Shown: in pieces, positions 1 through 13,803 of the stretch
How positions within the stretch are numbered: position 1 is the stretch's first letter
How the letters are laid out: each line of letters starts with the position of its first letter
Source of the DNA: Lingula anatina
Lineage: Eukaryota > Animalia > Brachiopoda
Length of the DNA: 64,000 nucleotides
Reading direction: 5' to 3'
NCBI GenBank assembly: GCA_051362555.1
Contig: CM120642.1
Coordinates: forward strand, 21,824,001 to 21,888,000
Program-made: the position numbers and the translations under genes
The notes under the pieces: model-generated
Databases searched by the model: none
The model's input: only the letters and a program-made list of their open reading frames with translations
What the model was told of the DNA's origin: nothing

Positions 1-3000
1 CACATTCAGTAGCAATACAGAAAAGACACAGCAAACAGAATATAAACAGACACATAGACATAACATTGACAGCATAATCATTCAGCACAGTAGTAATGAT
101 TATAAATAAATAAATTGACAACACAAACATGCACAGTAATCAAAATAAATACAAACAAACACAGTCACAATACAGACATACACTGTGATCAGAATAAGTA
201 AACATGTACAGTGACAACAGAACCATGTAAAGTAACCAGAATAAGCACAAATTAATCTAGTGATTACACAGTCATACACAGTGATCAATGATAGAGTGAA
301 AAGAAACACATACAATGTGATCACAATATATTTACAAACACAGACAATGACAAAACAGAATGGAAACAGCAATGGGAATATAAACAGACACATAAACTAT
401 GCTTACAGAAACAACACCAACATGCACATTTATAATAATGATTTGTCATTAAAATATATACAAACACATTCAGAAACAATAGTGAATAGACACAGCAAAC
501 AATTTATATAAACAGACACATAGTCATACATTGACAACACCATCATTCAGGGCAATAGTAATGTGACAAAACTGGCAAACACATTGTTCACAATAAATAC
601 AAACACCAACAGTAATGACATAAACATGAACAGTAATGTTAATAAATACAAACAAACACAGTCACAATACAGACATACACAGTGATCAAAATAAGTTGAC
701 ATGTACAGTGATGACACAACCATGTAAAGAACACAGTGACCGGAATATGTGCAGACACAAACAGTAACAACACAAACATACACAGTGATCAAAATGAATA
801 TAAACATGTACATTGATAATAGTAATGTGCACTGTGATTAGAATAAACACAAGGAAAAAGTAAAACCATAGCCGTACACAGTCATCACAATATATATAGA
901 AACACATTCAGTAACAATACATAATAGACACAGCAAACAAAATATAAACAGAAACATAGCCATACATTGACAACACAATAAATACAAACACAGACAGTGA
1001 CAGCACTAACGTGGACAGGAATCAAAATAAATTTAAACAAATAGAGTGACAGAAATGACATACACAATGCTCACAATAAATACAAACACCAACAGTAATG
1101 ACGCAAACATATACAGTGATCACAATAAATAGAAAGACAAACAGTGTCAAAACAAACATGCACAGCAATGATAATTATTGAAAACAAGTAGAAGGACAAA
1201 CAGACCTACACAGTGCTGAGAATTAAATGCAGACACAAACAGTAACAACACTAACATACACAGTGATCAAAATAAGTATTAATATGTATATTGACAACAG
1301 TAACGTGCACCATAATGACAATGAACACAAGGGAAAAGAGTGAAAACTTAGTTGTACACATCCATCACAATATATACAAACACATTCAGTAACAATATAG
1401 AATAGACAAAAAAAACAGAATATAAACAAAAACATAAACATACATTGAAAACTCCATTATTCAGCGCAATAGTAATGATTACGAACAAATCGAGTGACAA
1501 AACTGACCTATAAAGTGCTCACAATAAATACAAGCACTAATTGTAATGATGCAAACATATAGAGTGATCACAATGAATACAAACTTAAACATTGACAACA
1601 TATACATGCACAGTAATCGAAATGAATACAAACAAATAGAGTGAGAGAAATGCACAAAGCTCACAATAAATACAAAAACGAACAATAACGACTCTAACAT
1701 ATACAGTGATCACAATAAATAGAAAAACAAACAATGACAAAACAAACATGCACAGCAATGATAATGATTACAAACAAATAGAAGGGCAAACAGACTTACA
1801 CAGTGATCAGAATTTTATGCAGCCACAAACAGTAACAACACAAACAAACACAGTGATCAAAATAGATATTAAATGAAAAACTGATAACAGTAACATGTAC
1901 AGTAATGAGAATGAACACAAGGGAAAAAAGTGTAAACAAGGCAATACACAGTCACCACAATATATACAAACACATTCAGAAACAATACAGAAAAGACACA
2001 GCAAACAGAATGTAAACAGACACATAGACATAACATTGACAGCATGATCATTCAGCACAGTAGTAATGATTATAAATAAATAAATTGACAACACAAACAT
2101 GCACAGTAATCAAAATAAATACAAACAAACACAGTCACAATACAGACATACAATGTGATCAGAATAAGTAAACATGTACAGTGACAACAGAACCATGTAA
2201 AGTAACCAGAATAAGCACAAATTAATCTAGTGATTACACAGTTATACAGAGTGATCAATGATAGAGTGAAAAGAAACACATACAATGTGATCACAATATA
2301 TTTAGAAACACACACAATGACAAAACAGAATGGAAACAGGAATCAGGATATAAACAGACACATAAACTAAGCTTACAGCAACAACACCAACATGCACGTT
2401 CATAATAATGATTAAAAACATATAGACTTAAAAAAACTGACATACAGATTGCTCAAAATAAATATAAACACAAAGAGTGACAACACTAACATGCACATTA
2501 ATCAAATTAATTATGTGCAGACACAAACAATTATGACACAATCATACATAATGATCAAAATAAATATTAACATGTGAAGTGACAAGAGTAACATGCACCG
2601 TAATGAGAATGAACACAAGGAAAAAGAGTGATAACATAGCCGTACACAGTCATCACTATATAGACAAACACATTCAGTAGCAATATTGAATAGACACAGC
2701 AAACAGAATATAAACAGACACATAGTCACACATTGACAACACCATCATTCAGCGCAATAGTAATGTTTACAAACAAAAAGAGTGACAAAACTGGCTTACG
2801 CATTGCTAACAATAAATACAAACACCAACAGTAATGACACAAATATGAATACGGGTAATGTAAATAAATACAAACAAACACAGTCACAATACAGACATAC
2901 AAAGTGATCAGAATAAATTTTGACATGTACAGTGACAACAAAACCATACATAGTAACTAGAATGAAGAATAATTAATTAGGTGATAGCACAGTCATACAC

Positions 3001-6000
3001 AGTGATCAGTGATGGAGTGAAAACACAGACACACACAGTGATCACAATATATATACAAACACATACAATGACAATACAGAATGGAAACAGCAATCGGAAT
3101 ATGAACAGACACATAAACTATGCTTACATCAACATCACCAACATGAACAGTTATAATAATGATTTAAAACATATAGACAGAAAAAACTGACATAAACATT
3201 GCTCACAATAAATATAAACACAAACATTAACAACACAAACATATACAGTGATCACAATAAATAGAAAGACAAACAGTGTCAAAACAAACATGCACAGCAA
3301 TGATAATTATTGAAAACAAGTAGAAGGACAGACAGACCTACACAGTGCTGAGAATTAAATGCAGACACAAACAGTAACAACACTAACATACACAGTGATC
3401 AAAATAAATATCAATATGTATATTGACAACAGTAACGTGCATCATAATGACAATGAACACAAGGGAAAAGAGTGAAAACTTAGTTGTACACATTCATCAC
3501 AATATGTACAAACACATTCAGTAACTATATAGAATAGACACAAAAAACAGAATATAAACAGAAACATAAACATACATTGAAAACTCCATCATTCAGCGCA
3601 ATAGTAATGATTACGAACAAATCGAGTGACAAAACTGACCTATAAAGTGCTCACAATAAATACTAGCACCAACAGTAATGATGCAAACATATACAGTGAT
3701 CACAATGAATACAAACTTAAACATTGACAACATATACATGCACAGTAATCGAAATGAATACAAACAAATAGAGTGACAGAAATGCACAGAGCTCACAATA
3801 AATACAAAAACGAACAATAACGACACAAACATATACAGTGATCACAATAAATAGAAAAACAAACAATGACAAAACAAACATGCACAGCAATGATAATGAT
3901 TACAAACAAATAGAAGGGCAAACAGACTTACACAGTGATCAGAATTTTATGCAGCCACAAACAGTAACAACAGAAACAAACACAGTGATCAAAATAGATA
4001 TAAAATGAAAAAGAGATAACAGTGACATGCACAGTAATGAGAATGAACACAAGGGAAAAAAGTGTAAACAAGGCAATACACAGTCACCACAATATATACA
4101 AACACATTCAGAAACAATACAGAAAAGACACAGCAAACAGAATGTAAACAGACACATAGACACAGCATTGACAGCATGATCATTCAGCACAGTAGTAATG
4201 ATTATAAATAAATAAATTAACAACACAAACATGCACAGTAATCAAAATAAATACAAACAAACACAGTCACAATACAGACATACAATGTGATCAGAATAAG
4301 TAAACATGTACAGTTACAACAGAACTATGTAAAGTAACCAGAATAAGCACAAATTAATCTAGTGATTACACAGTTATACACAGTGATCAATGATAGAGTG
4401 AAAAGAAACACATACAATGTGATCACAATATATTTAGAAAAACACACAATGACAAAACAGAATGGAAACAGCAATCAGGATATAAACAGACACATAAACT
4501 AAGCTTACATCAACAACACCAACATGCACGTTCATAATAATGATTAAAAACCTATAGACTTAAAAAACTGACATACAGATTGCTCAAAATAAATATAAAC
4601 ACAAAGAGTGACAACACTAACATGCACATTAATCGAATTAATTATGTGCAGACACAAACAATTATGACACAATCATACACAATGATCAAAATAAATATTA
4701 ACATGTGAAGTGACAAGAGTAACATGCACCGTAATGAGAATGAACACAAGGAAAAAGAGTGATAACATAGCCGTACACAGTCATCACTATATATACAAAC
4801 ACATTCAGTAGCAATATTGAATAGACACAGCAAACAGAATATAAACAGACACATAGTCACACATTGACAACACCATCATTCAGCGTAATAGTAATGTTTA
4901 CAAACAAAAAGAGTGACAAAACTGACTTACGCATTGCTAACAATAAATACAAACACCAACAGTAATAACACAAATATGAATAGTAATGTTAAAAAATACA
5001 AATAAACACAGTCACAATACAGACATACACAGTGATCAAAGTAAGTTGACATGTACAGTGATGACACAACCATGTAAAGTACGCAGTGATCAGAATATGT
5101 GCAGACTCAAACAGTAACAACACAAACATACACAGTGATCAAAATGAATATAAACATGTACATTGATAATAGCAATGTGCACTGTAATTAGAATAAACAC
5201 AAGGAAAAAGACATGTAAATGTTAAATGAAAAACTGATAACAGTAACATGCACAGTAATGAGAATGAACACAAGGAAAATGTGTAAACAAAGCGATTCAC
5301 AGTCATCACAATATATACAAACACATTCAGTAACAATACAGAAAGATACAGCCAACAGAATATAAACAGACACATAGACATAACATTGACAGCATGATCA
5401 TTAGGGTAAGTAGTAATGATTATAAACAAATAAATTGACAAAACTGACATACACAGTGCTCAAAATAAATACAATCACAAACAGTGACAACACAAACATG
5501 CACAGTAATGAAAATAAATACAAAGAAACACATTCACAATACAGTCATAAAAAGTGATCAGAATAAGTTGACATGTACATTGACAGAACAACCATGTAAA
5601 GTAACCATGTAACTGTTATGAAAAAGAGTGAAAACATAGCCGTACACATTCATCACTATATATACAATCACATTCAGTAGCAATATTGAATAAACACAGC
5701 AAACAGAATATAAACAGACACATAGTCACACATTGACAACACCATCATTCAGTGCAATAGTAATGTTTACAAACAAAAAGAGTGACAAAACTGACTTACG
5801 CATTGCTAACAATAAATACAAACACCAACAGTAATAACACAAATATGAATAGTAATGTAAATAAATACAAACAAACACAGTCACAATACAGACATACAAA
5901 GTGATCAGAATAAATTTTGACATGTACAGTGACAACAAAACCATACATAGTAACTCTAAGAATGAAGAATAATTAATTAGGTGATAGCACAGTCATACAC

Positions 6001-6257
6001 AGTGATCAGTGATGGAGTGAAAACACAGACATACACAGTGATCACAATATATATACAAACACATACAATGACAATACAGAATGGAAACAGCAATCGGAAT
6101 ATGAACAGACACATAAACTATGTTTACATCAACATCACCAACATGAACAGTTATAATAATGATTTAAAACATATAGACAGAAAAAACTGACATTAACATT
6201 GCTCACAATAAATATAAACACAAACATTAACAACACAAACATATACAGTGATCACAA

Positions 6258-6555
6258 TAAATAGAAAGACAAACAGTGTCAAAACAAACATGCACAGCAA
6301 TGATAATTATTGAAAACAAGTAGAAGGACAAACAGACCTACACAGTGCTGAGAATTAAATGCAGACACAAACAGTAACAACACTAACATACACAGTGATC
6401 AAAATAAATAGAAAGACAAACAGTGTCAAAACAAACATGCACAGCAATGATAATGATGACAAACAAGTAGAAGGACAAACAGACCTACACAGTGCTGAGA
6501 ATTAAATGCAGACACAAACAGTAACAACACTAACATACACAGTGATCAAAATAAA
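6258..6555. repeat. 147-bp (three-monomer) tandem duplication
   Basis: atagaaagacaaacagtgtc starts at 6261 and 6408, and gtgctgagaattaaatgc occurs twice in tandem. Confidence 0.9.
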
Positions 6556-9500
6556 TATCAATATGTATATTGACAACAGTAACGTGCATCATAATGACAA
6601 TGAACACAAGGGAAAAGAGTGAAAACATAGTTGTACACATCCATCACAATATATACAAACACATTCAGTAACAATATAGAATAGACACAAAAAACAGAAT
6701 ATAAACAAAAACATAAACATACATTGAAAACTCCATTATTCAGCGCAATAGTAATGATTACGAACAAATAGAGTGACAAAACTGACCTATAAAGTGCTCA
6801 CAATAAATACAAGCACCAATTGTAATGATGCAAACATATACAGTCATCACAATGAATACAAACATAAACATTGACAACATATACATGCACAGTAATCGAA
6901 ATGAATACAAACAAATAGAGTGACAGAAATGCACAGAGCTCACAATAAATACAAAAACGAACAGTAACGACACAAACATATACAGTGATCACAATAAATA
7001 GAAACACAAGCAATGACAAAACAAACATGCACAGCAATGATAATTATTACAAACAAATAGAAGGGCAAACAGACTTACACAGTGATCAGAATTTTATGCA
7101 GCCACAAACAGTAACAACACAAACAAACACAGTGATCAAAATAGATATTAAATGGAAAAGAGATAACAGTGACATGCACAGTAATGAGAATGAACACAAG
7201 GGAAAAAAGTGTAAACAAGGCGATACACAGTCATCACAATATATACAAACACATTCAGAAACAATACAGAAAAGACACAGCAAACAGAATGTAAACAGAT
7301 ACATAGACATAACATTGACAGCATAATCATTCAGCACAGTAGTAATGATTATAAATAAATAAATTGACAACACAAACATGCACAGTAATCAAAATAAATA
7401 CAAACAAACACAGTCACAATACAGACATACACTGTGATCAGAATAAGTAAACATGTACAGTGACAACAGAACCATGTAAAGTAACCAGAATAAGCACAAA
7501 TTAATCTAGTGATTACACAGTCATACACAGTGATCAATGATAGAGTGAAAAGAAACACATACAATGTGATCACAATATATTTACAAACACAGACAATGAC
7601 AAAACAGAATGGAAACAGCAATGGGAATATAAACAGACACATAAACTATGCTTACAGAAACAACACCAACATGCACATTTATAATAATGATTTGTCATCA
7701 AAATATATACAAACACATTCAGAAACAATAGTGAATAGACACAGCAAACAATTTATATAAACAGACACATAGTCATACATTGACAACACCATCATTCAGT
7801 GCAATAGTAATGTGACAAAACTGGCAAACACATTGTTCACAATAAATACAAACACCAACAGTAATGACATAAACATGAACAGTAATGTTAATAAATACAA
7901 ACAAACACAGTCACAATACAGACATACAATGTGATCAGAATAAGTAAACATGTACAGTGACAACAGAACCATGTAAAGTAACCAGAATAAGCACAAATTA
8001 ATCTAGTGATTACACAGTTATACACAGTGATCAATGATAGATCTAGAGTGAAAAGAAACACATACAATGTGATCACAATATATTTAGAAACACACACAAT
8101 GACAAAACATGTTCAGTAAAAACATATAGACTTAAAAAACTGACATACAGATTGCTCAAAATAAATATAAACACAAAGAGTGACATCACTAACATGCACA
8201 TTAATCAAATTAATTATGTGCAGACACAAACAATTATGACACAATCATACACAATGATCAAAATAAATATTAACATGTGAAGTGACAAGAGTAACATGCA
8301 CCGTAATGAGATTGAACACAAGGAAAAAGAGTGAAAACATAGCCGTACACAGTCATCACTATATATACAAACACATTCAGTAGCAATATTGAATAGACAC
8401 AGCAAACAGAATATAAACAGACACATAGTCACACATTGACAACACCATCATTCAGCGCAATAGTAATGTTTACAAACAAAAAGAGTGACAAAACTGGCTT
8501 ACGCATTGCTAACAATAAATACAAACACCAACAGTAATAACACAAATATGAATAGTAATGTAAATAAATACAAACAAACACAGTCACAATACAGACATAC
8601 AAAGTGATCAGAATAAATTTTGACATGTACAGTGACAACAAAACCATACATAGTAACTAGAATGAAGAATAATTAATTAGGTGATAGCACAGTCATACAC
8701 AGTGATCAGTGATGGAGTAAAAACACAGACATACACAGTGATCACAATATATATACAAACACATACAATGACAATACAGAATGGAAACAGCAATCGGAAT
8801 ATGAACAGACACATAAACTATGCTTATATCAACATCACCAACATGAACAGTTATAATAATGATTTAAAACATATAGACAGAAAAAACTGACATAAACATT
8901 GCTCACAATAAATATAAACACAAACATTAACAACACAAACATATACAGTGATCACAATAAATAGAAAGACAAACAGTGTCAAAACAAACATGCACAGCAA
9001 TGATAATTATTGAAAACAAGTAGAAGGACAAACAGACCTACACAGTGCTGAGAATTAAATGCAGACACAAACAGTAACAACACTAACATACACAGTGATC
9101 AAAATAAATATCAATATGTATATTGACAACAGTAACGTGCATCAGAATGACAATGAACACAAGGGAAAAGAGTGAAAACAGTTGTACACATCCATCACAA
9201 TATATACAAACACATTCAGTAACAATATAGAATAGACACAAAAAACAGAATATAAACAAAAATATAACATACATTGAAAAACTCCATTATTCAGGGCAAT
9301 AGTAATGATTACGAACAAATAGAGTGACAAAACTGACCTATAAAGTCCTCACAATAAATACAAGCACCAACAGTAATGATGCAAACATATACAGTGATCA
9401 CAATGAATACAAACTTAAAGATTGACAACATAAACATGCACAGTAATCGAAATGAATACAAACAAATAGAGTGACAGAAATGCACAGAGCTCACAATAAA

Positions 9501-12500
9501 TACAAAAACGAACAATAACGACACAAACATATACAGTGATCACAATAAATAGAAACACAAGCAATGACAAAACAAACATGCACAGCAATGATAATGATTA
9601 CAAACAAATAGAAGGGCAAACAGACTTACACAGTGATCAGAATTTTATGCAGCCACAAACAGTAACAACACAAACAAATATAGTGATCAAAATAGATATT
9701 AAATGAAAAAGAGATAACAGTGACATGCACAGTAATGAGAATGAACACAAGGGAAAAAAGTGTAAACAAGGCAATACACAGTCACCACAATATATACAAA
9801 CACATTCAGAAACAATACAGAAAAGACACAGCAAACAGAATGTAAACAGACACATAGACATAGCATTGACAGCATAATCATTCATCACAGTAGTAATGAT
9901 TATAAATAAATAAATTGACAACACAAACATGCACAATAATCAAAATAAATACAAACAAACACAGTCACAATACAGACATACAATGTGATCAGAATAAGTA
10001 AACATGTACAGTGACAATAAAACCATGTAAAGTAACCAGAATAAGCACAAATTAATCTAGTGATTACACAGTTATACACAGTGATCAATGATAGAGTGAA
10101 AAGAAACACATACAATGTGATCACAATATATTTAGAAACACACACAATGACAAAACAGAATGGAAACAGCAATCAGGATATAAATAGACACATAAACTAA
10201 GCTTACAGCAACAACACCAAGATGCACATTCATAATAATGATTAAAAACATATAGACTTAAAAAACTGACATACAGATTGCTCAAAATAAATATAAACAC
10301 AAAGAGTGACAACACTAACATGCACATTAATCAAATTAATTATGTGCAGACGCAATCAATTATGACACAATCATACACAATGATCAAAATAAATATTAAC
10401 ATGTGAAGTGACAAAAGTAACATGCACTGTAATGAGAATGAACACAAGGAAAAAGAGTGAAAACATAGCCGTACACAGTCATCACTATATATACAAACAC
10501 ATTCAGTAGCAATATTGAATAGACACAGCAAACAGAATATAAACAGACACATAGTCACACATTGACAAAACCATCATTCAGCGCAATAGTAATGTTTACA
10601 AACAAAAAGAGTGACAAAACTGACTTATGCATTGCTAACAATAAATACAAACACCAACAGTAATGACACAAATATGAATAGTAATGTAAATAAATACAAA
10701 CAAACACAGTCACAATACAGACATACAAAGTGATCAGAATATATTTTGACATGTACAGTGACAACAAAACCATACATAGTAACTAGAATGAAGAATAATT
10801 AATTAGGTGATAGCACAGTCATACACAGTGATCAGTGATGGAGTGAAAACACAGACATACACAGTGATCACAATATATATACAAACACATACAATGACAA
10901 TACAGAATGGAAACAGTAATCGGAATATGAACAGACACATAAACTATGCTTACATCAACATCACCAACCTGAACAGTTATAATAATGATTTAAAACATAT
11001 AGACAGAAAAAAACTGACATAAACATTGCTCACAATAAATATAAACACAAACATTAACAACACAAACATATACAGTGATCACAATAAATAGAAAGACAAA
11101 CAGTGTCAAAACAAACATGCACAGCAATGATAATTATTGAAAACAAGTAGAAGGACAAACAGACCTACACAGTGCTGAGAATTAAATGCAGACACAAACA
11201 GTAACAACACTAACATACACAGTGATCAAAATAAATATCAATATGTATATTGACAACAGTAACGTGCATCATAATGACAATGAACACAAGGGAAAAGAGT
11301 GAAAACATAGTTGTACACATCCACCACAATATATACAAACACATTCAGTAACAATATAGAATAGACACAAAAAACAGAATATAAACATAAACATACATTG
11401 AAAACTCCATTATTCAGCGCAATAGTAATGATTACGAACAAATTGAGTGACAAAACTGACCTATAAAGTGCTCACAATAAATACAAGCACCAACAGTAAT
11501 GATGCAAACATATACAGTGATCACAATGAATACAAACTTAAAGATTGACAACATATACATGCACAGTAATCGAAATGAATACAAACAAATAGAGTGACAG
11601 AAATGCACAGAGCTCACAATAAATACAAAAATGAACAGTAACGACACAAACATATACAGTGATCACAATAAATAGAAACACAAGCAATGACAAAACAAAC
11701 ATGCACAGCAATGATAATGATTACAAACAAATAGATGGGCAAACAGATTACACAGTGATCAGAATTTTATGCAGCCACAAACAATAACAACAGAAACATA
11801 CACAGTGATCAAAATAGATATTAAATGAAAAAGAGATAACAGTAACATGCACAGTAATGAGAATGAACACAAGGGAAAAAAGTGTAAACAAGGCGATACA
11901 CAGTCATCACAATATATACAAAGACATTCAGTAGCAATACAGAAAAGACACAGCAAACAGAATATAAACAGACACATAGACATAACATTGACAGCATATA
12001 CATTCAGCACAGTAGTAATGATTATAAATAAATAAATTGACAACACAAACATGCACAGTAATCAAAATAAATACAAACAAAGTCACAATACAGACATACA
12101 CTGTGATCAGAATAAGTAAACATCTACAGTGACAACAGAACCATGTAAAGTAACCAGAATTAGCACAAATTAATCTAGTGATTACACAGTCATACACAGT
12201 GACAACAAAACCATGCATAGTGACTAGAATGAAGAATAATTAATTAGGTGATAGCACAGTCATACACAGTGATCAGTGATGGAGTGAAAACACAGACATA
12301 CACAGTGATCACAATATATATACAAACACATACAATGACAATACAGAATGGAAACAGCAATCGGAATATGAACAGACACATAAACTATGCTAACATCAAC
12401 ATCACCAACATGAACAGTTATAATAATGATTTAAAACATATAGACAGAAAAAACTGACATAAACATTGCTCACAATAAATATAAACACAAACAGTAACAA

Positions 12501-13803
12501 CACAAACATATACAGTGACCACAATAAATAGAAAGACAAACAGTGTCAAAACAAACATGCACAGCAATGATAATGATGACAAACAAGTAGAAGGACAAAC
12601 AGACCTACACAGTGCTGAGAATTAAATGCAGACACAAACAGTAACAACACTAACATACACAGTGATCAAAATAAATATCAATATGTATATTGACAACAGT
12701 AATGTGCATCATAATGACAATGAACACAAGGGAAAAGAGTGAAAACATAGTTGTACACATCCACCACAATATATACAAACACATTCAGTAACAATATAGA
12801 ATAGACACAAAAAACAGAATATAAACATAAACATACATTGAAAACTCCGTTATTCAGCGCAATAGTAATGATTACGAACAAATAGAGTGACAGAAATGCA
12901 CAGAGCTCACAATAAATACAAAAACGAACAGTAACGACACAAACATATACAGTGATCACAATAAATAGAAACACAAGCAATGACAAAACAAACATGCACA
13001 GCAATGATAATGATTACAAACAAATAGATGGGCAAACAGACTTACACAGTGATCAGAATTTTATGCAGCCACAAACAGTAACAACAGAAACATACACAGT
13101 GATCAAAATAGATATTAAATGAAAAAGAGATATCAGTAACATGCACAGTAATGAGAATGAACACAAGGGAAAAAAGTGTAAACAAGGCGATACACAGTCA
13201 TCACAATATATACAAACACATTCAGTAGCAATACAGAAAAGACACAGCAAACAGAATATAAACAGACACATAGACATAACATTGACAGCATAATCATTCA
13301 GCACAGTAGTAATGATTACAAATAAATAAATTGACAACACAAACATGCACAGTAATCAATATAAATACAAACAAACACAGTCACAATACAGACATACACT
13401 GTGATCAGAATAAGTAAACATGTACAGTGACAACAGAACCATGTAAAGTAACCAGAATTAGCACAAATTAATCTAGTGATTACACAGTCATACACAGTGA
13501 TCAATGATAGAGTGAAAAGAAACACATACAATGTGATCACAATATATTTACAAACACAGACAATGACAAAACAGAATGGAAACAGCAATGGGAATATAAA
13601 CAGACACATAAACTATGCTTACAGAAACAACACCAACATGCACATTTATAATAATGATTTGTCATCAAAATATATACAAACACATTCAGAAACAATAGTG
13701 AATAGACACAGCAAACAATTTATATAAACAGACACATAGTCATACATTGACAACACCATCATTCAGTGCAATAGTAATGTGACAAAACTGGCAAACACAT
13801 TGT

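Noticed and set aside
316-325. tgtgatcaca as a bacterial CRP site, or GATC as Dam sites
   Set aside because: CRP needs a 6-bp spacer between TGTGA and TCACA, and the context is eukaryote-like satellite.
2981-6190. Exact 3000-bp offset between two blocks (possible artificial construct)
   Set aside because: The copies differ by substitutions and indels and the intervening blocks are rearranged, so the round number is coincidental.
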